Shown here: positions 56,699-64,000 of the stretch, piece by piece | How the letters are laid out: each line of letters opens with the position of its first letter | How positions within the stretch are numbered: the stretch's first letter is position 1 | Assembly (NCBI GenBank): GCA_049840735.1 | Contig: JASGJN010000020.1 | Location: 64,001-128,000 of the forward strand | Source of the DNA: Anaeromyxobacter sp. | GTDB taxonomy: Bacteria > Myxococcota > Myxococcia > Myxococcales > Anaeromyxobacteraceae | Direction of reading: 5' to 3' | DNA length: 64,000 nucleotides | Made by a program: the position numbers and the translations under genes | Notes under the pieces: model-generated | Seen by the model: only the letters and a program-made list of their open reading frames with translations | The model's database searches: none | What the model was told of the DNA's origin: nothing

Positions 56699-58822
56699 GC
56701 GCGCGACCCCTCGGGCAGCGCGTAGGCGCCGGCCGACTGCTGCAGGCTGTCGGACAGCTCGTGGGCCCGGGTGGACAGCTCGCCCAGCAGCCGCGCGCCG
56801 TCGCGGATGGACTCGGAGGCCTTCTGCATGGAGCCGAGCGCCTGCGAGACCTGGCTCACGCCGGCCTGGTGCTGGCGGGCCGAGCCCTCCACCTGGCGCA
56901 TGAGCCCGACCGCCTCGGTGACGGTCACGCCCAGCTGGGCCACCACCTCGCCCAGCCGCTGCACCAGCATGGCGCCCTCGGAGACGGTGCGCCCGCCGGC
57001 CTCCACCGAGCCGTCCACCTCGCCGGTGCGCTGCCGGATCTCGCCCAGCAGGTCGCGGATCTCCGCCGCCGCCTTGCGCGAGTCGGCCGCCAGGGCGCGG
57101 AATCTCGCGCGCCACCACCGCGAACCCCTTGCCCGCCTCGCCGGCCCGCGCCGCCTCGATGGCGGCGTTGATGGCCAGGGTGGAGGACTGGTCGGCCAGG
57201 AAGGAGACGGTCTCGGTGATGTCGTCGATGCGGCGCACGCGCTCGGCCAGCGCCGACGAGGCCTGGGCCACGCGGTCCAGCGAGCCGGAGATGGCGCTCA
57301 TGGCGCCCGCCGCCGCGTGGGTGGCCGCGCTCCCCTCCTCCACCACCGCCGTGGCCGCCTCGCCCTGGCGGATCAGCTCGCTGGCGCGGTCGGCCGAGAC
57401 CGCCGAGGTCTGGGCCATCTCGGTCATGGTGTTGGCGGTCTCGGTCACCGCCGCCACCTGCTCGGTGGTGGCGGTGCTGAGCTGCGCCGAGGCCGACTGC
57501 AGGTTCACCACGATGTCGGCCACCGAGCCGGCCACGCCCTGCGTCCGGCCCACCATGGTGCGGAGGTTCCCGGTCATGCGCTGCAGCGCCTGCCCCAGCG
57601 CGCCCGGCAGCTCGGCGTCCTTGCGCAGGTCGCCGCCGGCGATGGTGCGCGCCTGGTCGGCCACGCCCTGCAGCGCCGCCTGCAGCTGCTCGAAGGCCGC
57701 GCCCAGGTCGCCCTGGATGCGCGACGCGTCCACCACCTCGCCGCGGGCCATGGCCGCCATGCGGCGCGACAGCTCCAGCATGGCCTGGCGCGAGGCCCGG
57801 AACGGCTGCAGCAGCCCGCTCTCGCCCTGCAGCTCGCGGGTCAGCTCGCCGGCCGCGATGGCGCGCAGCTGCTCGAAGGCGTGGCCCAGCTCGCGCGCGA
57901 TGGCGGCGGTGGCCACGGCCAGGTCGCCGGTCTCGTCGCTGGCCACCCAGCGCGGCACCGAGGGCGTCCCGGCCACCGTCGCGCGCAGGGCCGCCTGGAC
58001 CTCGGCGGCGGCGCGGGCCTGGCGGCGGGCCAGCAGCGTCCCGGCCAGCCCGAAGGCCACCATGATCACCAGCGAGATGGCCAGCAGCGGCCAGGCGATC
58101 TGCTGGTTGATGTGGAGCAGCTGCAGCTGGACGAACCCGGCGGCGGACGACATCCCCTCCTCGGAGAGGGCCGCCAGGATGTCCGCCACCGCCGTCTGGT
58201 AGCGGGCGTAGAGCACCGCGCCGGTGAACCCCAGCATGGTGACCACCGCCACCGCGAAGGCGTAGGGCAGGAACCAGCCCTGGCGCAGCCAGAGGAGGCC
58301 GCGCCGGCCGACGGGCGGCTGCGGGTCGCGCAGGTACTCGGCCAGCGCCAGCGGGCGCACCTCCTCCTCGACCAGCAGCGTCTGCAGCAGCCCGGGGAAG
58401 AGCGAGGCCAGCAGGCCGATGGCGGGGCTGACGATCAGCAGCCCGGTGGGCCGCTCGAAGAGGACCACGCACCCGATCGCGAACACCTCGCCGCCGAGCA
58501 TCCAGGCCGGCGCGCCGGAGAGCAGCTCGATGCGCCGCGGCAGCTCCAGCAGCCGCACCAGGCGCCGCCCGGCGGCCTCGCCCGGGTGCTGCGCGAGCGC
58601 GGCCCGGAGCAGGCTGCGCGAGACCAGGAACTGGAAGGCGGCGGTCACGGCCAGCACCAGGGCCAGCAGCCCCAGCCCCTGCCACAGGTCGGCGCGCTTC
58701 AGCCCCACCACCAGCGTGAAGACCACCGCCGCCACCACGGCGCCCGGCACGGAGGTGACCAGGATGCGGTTGAAGATGCGCTGGTGCGCCCGGCCGGCGT
58801 CGAGGGACGGTTCGGGCGTCAT
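56695..58822 (-). CDS. Methyl-accepting chemotaxis protein; apparent frameshift at ~57102
   Basis: [32 protein letters not shown][IRALAADS]; continues in the 56695-57018 frame. Confidence 0.92.
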
Positions 58823-59202
58823 GCGGTCTGCTCCGGCGTCGCGCCCAGGTGGCGCCGGATGGCGTCCTGCAGCGGCTGCGGCTGGATGGGCTTGTGCAGC
58901 ACCTCGCGGGCGCCGGCGGCGCGGATGCGGCGCACCAGGGTCTCGTCGCGGCTGGAGGTCAGGATCAGCACCGGCACCTTGCGCAGCGCCGCGTCGGCGG
59001 AGAGCGCCTCGCAGAGGCCGATGCCGTCGAGGTTGGGCATGCGCAGGTCGGCGAGGACCAGATCGGGCGGCGCGGCGCGGATCTTCTCCAGCGCGTCGGC
59101 GCCGTCGGCAGCGTCGTCCAGCTCGACGTCGCGGGCGATGAGATAGACCTTGATGAGCTCCCGGCTCACGCGGCTGTCGTCCACCACCAGGATGCGCGTC
59201 AT
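58819..59202 (-). CDS. Single-domain response regulator (CheY-like)
   Basis: ILVVDDS, ADLRMP, LTS, HKP. Confidence 0.92.
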   Translation of the reverse strand: MTRILVVDDSRVSRELIKVYLIARDVELDDAADGADALEKIRAAPPDLVLADLRMPNLDGIGLCEALSADAALRKVPVLILTSSRDETLVRRIRAAGAREVLHKPIQPQPLQDAIRRHLGATPEQTA

Positions 59203-59224
59203 GGAGCTCTCGTCCTTTCGAAGA

Positions 59225-59695
59225 TCAGTCCGGAAGCGCGGCGAGGCTGCGGAGCAGCGCCGGCACGTCCAGCACGGCCAGGGGTCGATCGGTGCCGGAC
59301 CAGCCGGCCACCAGGTCCGGCGAGGGCTGGTCCTCGCCCAGCGGCGCGTGGGCCACCAGGTCCTCGGCGGCGTCCACCCAGAGCAGGCCCCGCAGGCCGC
59401 GGGCGCCGAGCTCGACCAGCTGGTGGTGCGGCGAGAGCGTCACCTCGCGCTCGCCCGCCAGCGCGGCGGCGAAGGCCACCGGCAGGAGCGCGCCGCGCAC
59501 GCCGATGAGCGGCGCGACGGGGGCGGTGGCGGGGCGCGCCGCAGGCAGCGCGGCGGGGTGGACACGCTGGACGTGGCGGAGCGGCACCAGCAGGCGCCAG
59601 GCGCCGGCGCGGACCACCATCAGCTCTTCACCCGCCGTCAAGGGGTCGGCGGAGGTGGTCAGGGGTGCGGCAGCGGGCGGTAGGGCAGGATCCAC
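59225..59695 (-). CDS. cheW: CheW-like protein (divergent)
   Basis: IGVRGALLPV, LWVD, VLDVPALL; start uncertain. Confidence 0.75.
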   Translation of the reverse strand: MDPALPPAAAPLTTSADPLTAGEELMVVRAGAWRLLVPLRHVQRVHPAALPAARPATAPVAPLIGVRGALLPVAFAAALAGEREVTLSPHHQLVELGARGLRGLLWVDAAEDLVAHAPLGEDQPSPDLVAGWSGTDRPLAVLDVPALLRSLAALPD

Positions 59696-59858
59696 GCCCG
59701 ATCCTGCCGTGAAAACTTCGTACCATTTCTCCCCTGCACCGTCCCGCGGGTGCGGGACGAACGCAGCGCGTCCAAGTCCGCGATCCGTGGGGCACCGCCC
59801 CTGTGCGGTCCTGCCGCGGCGCCGGTCACCTCACATGTCACCGAGGGTCACGTTACCG

Positions 59859-59892
59859 TGGGTCAACGCTACCCGGGCGCAACGCTGACCCA
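59859..59892 (-). terminator. RNA hairpin just downstream of pheA
   Basis: 14-bp stem that pairs fully only on the minus strand (3 G-U pairs); no U-tract. Confidence 0.45.
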
Positions 59893-59912
59893 TGCCCAGC
59901 GTGCGGATTTCC

Positions 59913-60747
59913 CTAGGACGGGCTGCCGCACCGCGGGTACGACCCGAGCCGGTGGAGCGCGTGCACCCGCTCCCCCACCGCCACCAGCGCCGCGGCCCCG
60001 GCCTGGTCGTCCTGGTGCCCCTCGAAGTCGAGGAAGAAGACGTAGTGCCCCAGGGCCTCCTTGGTCGGGCGGCTCTCGATCTTGGACAGGTTGATGCCGC
60101 GCCGGGAGAACTCGCCCAGCACCTCGGCCAGGCCGCCCGGGCGGTCCCGGTCCAGCGTGAAGGCGATGCTGGTCCGGTCGGCGCCGGTCGGCGGCTCGGC
60201 CCCGGCCGCCACCAGCACGAAGCGGGTCACGTTCTCGCCGGCGTCCTGGATGTCCTCGGCCAGCACCTCCAGCCCGTACCGCGCCGCGGCCGCGCGCGAG
60301 CCGATGGAGGCCACGCCCGGCCCGCCCGCCGCCACCGTCCGCGCCGCGTCGGCGGTGGAGTGGGTGGCCTCCAGCGTGGCGCCGGGGAGCCGGGTGCGCA
60401 GGAAGCGGGCGCACTGGCCCAGCGGCTGCGGGTGCGAGAGGACGCGCCGCACGTCCTCCAGGCGCGTGCCCGGCGGCGCCAGCAGGTGCTGGCGCACGGG
60501 CAGCAGCAGCTCGCGCCGGATGCGCAGGCCGGGGCGGTGGACCAGCAGGTCGAGCACGGCGCCCACGCTCCCCTCGATGGAGTTCTCGATGGGGAGCAGC
60601 GCCGCCTCGACGGCGCCGCCCAGCGCCGCCTCGTAGGCGTCGGCGAAGGTGGAGTACGGGACCGGTGCGTCGCTGGCCGCGAGAATCGCAGCGCGAGACG
60701 GCCTCCTCGCTGAAGGTGCCGGGCGGCCCCAGGTAACCGATGCGCAT
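59913..60747 (-). CDS. pheA: Prephenate dehydratase; apparent frameshift at ~60685
   Basis: IGYLGPPGTFSEEA, PIENSIEG, SHPQPLGQC, NVTRF, LSKIESRP. Confidence 0.95.
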
Positions 60748-60821
60748 GGTCCCGGGGATTTACCACGCCGACGGGCGGAAGGCTGCCGCGGCATGGCGCG
60801 CCGCGCCGCCGCGGCCGCACC

Positions 60822-61208
60822 TCAGGGGGCGAGGCCGGGGCGACCGCGCTCCGCGGCGTCCGCTACCGCGCGCAGCAGCTCGCGCAGGCCGAACGGCTTG
60901 AAGAGGACGGCGTCCGGCTTCAGCAGGCGCGTCACGTGCGGCGTCTGGATGCCGGTGGTGACCACCACGCGGATGCGCGCCAGCGCAGGGTCGGCGCGGA
61001 GCGTGTTGAGCAGCGACGCGCCGTCGAGCCCGGGCATCATCAGGTCGAGCACCAGCACATCGGGCGGGTCGGCCCGCAGGCGGGCCAGCCCCTCCTCGCC
61101 GTCGGCGGCCACCTGGACCTGGTAGCCCTCCGCGGACAGCACGTCCGCCACGACGTCCCGCTGGACGTCGTTGTCGTCGACAACCAACACCCTGGCGGGC
61201 CCGTTCAC
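60822..61208 (-). CDS. Single-domain response regulator (in frame with upstream HAD gene as sequenced)
   Basis: VLVVDDN, LDLMMP, FKPF; own TACATT 7 nt upstream of GTG. Confidence 0.85.
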   Translation of the reverse strand: MNGPARVLVVDDNDVQRDVVADVLSAEGYQVQVAADGEEGLARLRADPPDVLVLDLMMPGLDGASLLNTLRADPALARIRVVVTTGIQTPHVTRLLKPDAVLFKPFGLRELLRAVADAAERGRPGLAP

Positions 61209-61276
61209 GGCCGGGAATGTAGGGCGAGAGCCCGGCACGCGGGAGGGCAGGCGCTGACTCTCTTGGGATGGGTCCC

Positions 61277-61919
61277 TTAGCGCGGCGAGCAGCGCGGGGA
61301 GGTCCTCGATCCGCTCCAGGACGTGATCCGGGCCGGCGCCGAGCAGCACCGCGCGCTCGCAGGCCCCCCAGGGCGCGGCGACGGTGGCGACGCCGGCGGC
61401 CCGCGCTGCCTCGAGATCGTGCACCGCGTCCCCTACCATGATCGCGTCGGCGGCCGGGACGCCGAGCCGCTCGAGCGCCAGCAGGACCGGCTCGGGATCT
61501 GGCTTGGAGCGGGCGCAGGAGTCGGCGCCGATCACCACCCGCAGGTGCGGCAGCAGGCCGGTGAAGCGGAGCGTCCGGAACGCGCCCTGCTCGGTCTTGG
61601 CCGTGACCACTCCCAGCGGGTGGCCGGCGGCGGCCAGCGAGGCCACGGTCTCGAGCGCGCCGGGGAAGCAGCGGGTCATCCGGTCGTGCTCCGCCAGCCA
61701 GAACTGGCGATAACGGTCCACAAGCCCGTCCACCTCGTGCGCCGGCACCAGGCGGGCAATCTGCTCGCGCAGCGGCGTCCCCACGCCGGCCAGCCACTCG
61801 GCCTCGGTCGGGCCGCGCGGATGTCCCTCGAACGCATGGCGCACCGCAGCGAGGATGAAGGGGATGGTGTCGACGAGCGTGCCGTCGAGATCGAAGAGGA
61901 CCGCCGTGTTCACGGGCAC
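61277..61919 (-). CDS. HAD hydrolase (PpaX/phosphoglycolate phosphatase-like); 3' end uncertain
   Basis: FDLDGTL, VVTAK, KPDP, VGDAVHD. Confidence 0.88.
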
Positions 61920-61980
61920 CCCACGATCATAGTGCAAAAACGCCCTCGCTTCGCCATCGGCGCGTGGCTAGCTTCGGGAG

Positions 61981-62364
61981 GTGACGGGCGCAGCGATCAT
62001 CCGGCGGGAAGCCCAGGGGACGACCGTCCTGGCCGTGCACGGCGCCTTCGACGGCTGCGCCGCCTGGGCGCTGCGCCTGGAGATGGACGCCTGCGGCCCG
62101 GGCGACTTCGTGGTCGACCTGACGCAGGCCGACGAAGCCTGCGAGTTCGCCGCCTGCCTGCTCGCGAGCTACGCGCAGGGCTGCCGCCGGGAGCGGCGCA
62201 TCCGCTTCGTCCCCGGCGCGCCCGACCAGGCGCGGCTGCTGGCGGCGTTCAACCTGGAGTGCGTGCGTGAGCCTCCACCGCTCCACGCGGCCGCGGCCGC
62301 CCGCAACGAGCCGGCCGGTCCGAGGCACGCGCCCGCCTCGCCCCGCCGGACCGGGGTGGCCTGA
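61981..62364 (+). CDS. STAS-like domain protein
   Basis: VLAVHGAFD, VVDLTQ, ARLLAAFNL pattern. Confidence 0.65.
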   Translation: MTGAAIIRREAQGTTVLAVHGAFDGCAAWALRLEMDACGPGDFVVDLTQADEACEFAACLLASYAQGCRRERRIRFVPGAPDQARLLAAFNLECVREPPPLHAAAAARNEPAGPRHAPASPRRTGVA

Positions 62365-62373
62365 GCCAGCCCT

Positions 62374-62480
62374 GGGCTTCGACTCCGCGAGCCCTGTGGG
62401 CTCGCTACGCTCAGCCCGAACGGATCCAACCGTTCGTCCTGGGCGTAGCCGCCGCACAGCGGCGGCGGAGTCGAAGGACG
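62374..62480. repeat. Inverted doublet of long-form repeat (62374-62424 and 62430-62480)
   Basis: gggCTTCGACTCCG-cgagccc tgt gggctcg-CTACGCTCAGcccgaacgga then ccgttcgtcCTGGGCGTAG-ccgccgc aca gcggcgg-CGGAGTCGAAGgacg. Confidence 0.92.
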
Positions 62481-62588
62481 GGGCCCGATGTGGGCGCCCT
62501 CGCCCCCCGGATTCCACCAGCAACTCCCGCCAGTTGACGGAATGTTCGCAGCGCGTGCGCGCCGGCACGGGCGTGCCATGATGGCGTC

Positions 62589-63308
62589 ATGTCGTCCCCC
62601 ACTGGCGAAGGCTTTCGGATCCTGTTCGTGGAGGACGACGAGCGCCTCGCGTCCCTCACCACCCGCTACCTCGAGCTGCACGGCAACGAGGTGACCTGGG
62701 TCGCCGACGGACGCGAGGGGCTGGCCCAGGCGCTGCGCGGCCAGCACGACGTCGTGATCCTCGACGTCATGCTCCCGCGGCTCAACGGCCTGGAGCTCTG
62801 CCGCGAGCTGCGCACCCGCAGCGCCGTCCCGGTGCTGATGCTGACGGCGCTGGGCGAGGAGGTGGACCGGGTGATGGGGCTGGAGACCGGCGCGGACGAC
62901 TACCTCGCCAAGCCCTTCTCCTCCCGCGAGCTGCTGGCGCGCCTCAAGGCGCTGGTCCGGCGGGCCCGCAACGCGCTCGGCCCGCCGCGCGACGTGCTGC
63001 GGGTGGGCGAGCTGGCCATCGACGCCCGCGACTACAGCGCCACGCTGGAGGGCAGGCCGCTCAAGCTCACCACCGCCGAGTTCGTGCTGCTGCGCGTGCT
63101 GGCGGAGCGGGCCGGGCGGGTGCTGACGCGCGAGCAGCTGCTCGACCTCACCAAGGGGAGCGCCGACGAGGCCTTCGACCGCTCCATCGACGCCCACGTC
63201 TCCCGCCTGCGGCACAAGCTGGGCGACGACCCGCGCAGCCCGCGATTGCTCAAGACGGTGCGGGGCGCGGGCTACCTGCTGGCCACCGGCGGCGAGGACC
63301 CGGCGTGA
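62589..63308 (+). CDS. OmpR-family response regulator
   Basis: VEDD, LDVMLP, GADDYLAKPF, RSIDAHVSRLRHKL, TVRGAGY. Confidence 0.95.
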   Translation: MSSPTGEGFRILFVEDDERLASLTTRYLELHGNEVTWVADGREGLAQALRGQHDVVILDVMLPRLNGLELCRELRTRSAVPVLMLTALGEEVDRVMGLETGADDYLAKPFSSRELLARLKALVRRARNALGPPRDVLRVGELAIDARDYSATLEGRPLKLTTAEFVLLRVLAERAGRVLTREQLLDLTKGSADEAFDRSIDAHVSRLRHKLGDDPRSPRLLKTVRGAGYLLATGGEDPA

Positions 63309-64000
63309 CCTCCCCGCGCTGGCGCGGCACGCTGGCCCTGCGCATCTACCTGGTCTCGGTCACGGCCGTCCTGGCGGTGGGCGTGGCGCTGTTCCTGGCC
63401 GCCCGCGCCGCCTCCGACCCCATGCACCCGCAGCCCATGCGCGAGCTCGGCACCTACGCGGCCCACCACCTCGGCGATGAGTGGGGCCGCCAGGAGGCGG
63501 TCCGCCAGGAGCTGGGGCTGGCGCTGCGCGGCTCGCGGGTGGTGGGCACGGTCTACGGCTGGGACGGCGTGCGCGTCGCCACCACCTCCGAGCGGCCGCC
63601 GCCGCCGGTGCGGCCGGAGGAGCTGGACCGGCTCAGGCGCGAGGGCGTGAGCGACAGCGCCGACCGCTGCGACATCGGCCCCTGCAACGTCCGCTTCCTG
63701 ATCGGCCCCGGCGCCGCCCCGCAGGGCTACCTGCTGCTGGAGCCGCGCGACCGCTTCCGGCCCCCGCTGGACCCGCGCGTGGCGACGCCCATCGCGGTGC
63801 TGCTCATCGGCCTGGGGATCGCCGCCGCCGTGCTGGGGCGCGGGCTGGCGCGGCCGCTGGAGCGGCTGGCCGAGACCGCCCGGGCGATCGGCCATGGCGA
63901 CCTGACGGCCCGCACCGGGGTGAAGCGCTCCGACGAGCTGGGCGCGCTGGCGGCCGCCCTCGACGGAATGGCCGAGCGGGTCCAGGGGCTGCTCCGCTCG
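63305..64000 (+). CDS. Sensor histidine kinase (5' part: 2 TM + HAMP; runs off window)
   Basis: GTG overlapping the regulator stop; LALRIYLV.. TM, RPLERLAETARAIGHGDL..RSDELGALAAALDGM. Confidence 0.88.
   Translation, partial: MTSPRWRGTLALRIYLVSVTAVLAVGVALFLAARAASDPMHPQPMRELGTYAAHHLGDEWGRQEAVRQELGLALRGSRVVGTVYGWDGVRVATTSERPPPPVRPEELDRLRREGVSDSADRCDIGPCNVRFLIGPGAAPQGYLLLEPRDRFRPPLDPRVATPIAVLLIGLGIAAAVLGRGLARPLERLAETARAIGHGDLTARTGVKRSDELGALAAALDGMAERVQGLLRS

Noticed and set aside
55466..58822. 1118-aa MCP-CheR fusion
   Set aside because: Created by the one-base insertion at GAATC 57100. Correcting it gives a complete MCP ending at 56695 and a separate CheR starting at 56698.
62563..62579. Sigma54 promoter-like TGGCACG motifs (also near 2180 and 40080)
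   Set aside because: The -12 TTGC element is absent or mis-spaced.

Overview
Very GC-rich (roughly 75% by eye) chromosomal window. Gene content suggests an Anaeromyxobacter-like myxobacterium; that is an inference. It holds about 55 CDS and one tRNA-Thr(CGT). Housekeeping genes: tmk, thrC, pcm, recG, greA, carB, aminotransferases, coaD, rsmD, gdh, pheA. Also present: the 5' end of a type I PKS with a type II thioesterase, a ~1660-aa TPR protein, a NUDIX-ftsH-sigma1.1-grpE-degP cluster, a seven-gene chemosensory operon, a second MCP, and an OmpR/HK pair. No integrase, transposase or CRISPR was seen. Four signals go beyond ordinary annotation. (1) An 11-copy structured palindromic repeat family has conserved internal loops and covarying stems; 6 copies are translated in-frame inside proteins (4 in RecG, 1 in an Omp85-type protein, 1 in an acyltransferase). 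(2) Of about 14 apparent frameshifts, 7 are GATC->GA(A/T)TC insertions, with many GATC->AATC/GATT substitutions; this is probably a long-read error footprint of GATC methylation, not real pseudogenes. (3) A -10-like hexamer sits 6-8 nt before many start codons, suggesting leaderless mRNAs. (4) A small membrane protein resembles a PilC/GspF stripped of its cytoplasmic domains. All calls come from reading motifs by eye; no database search was run.
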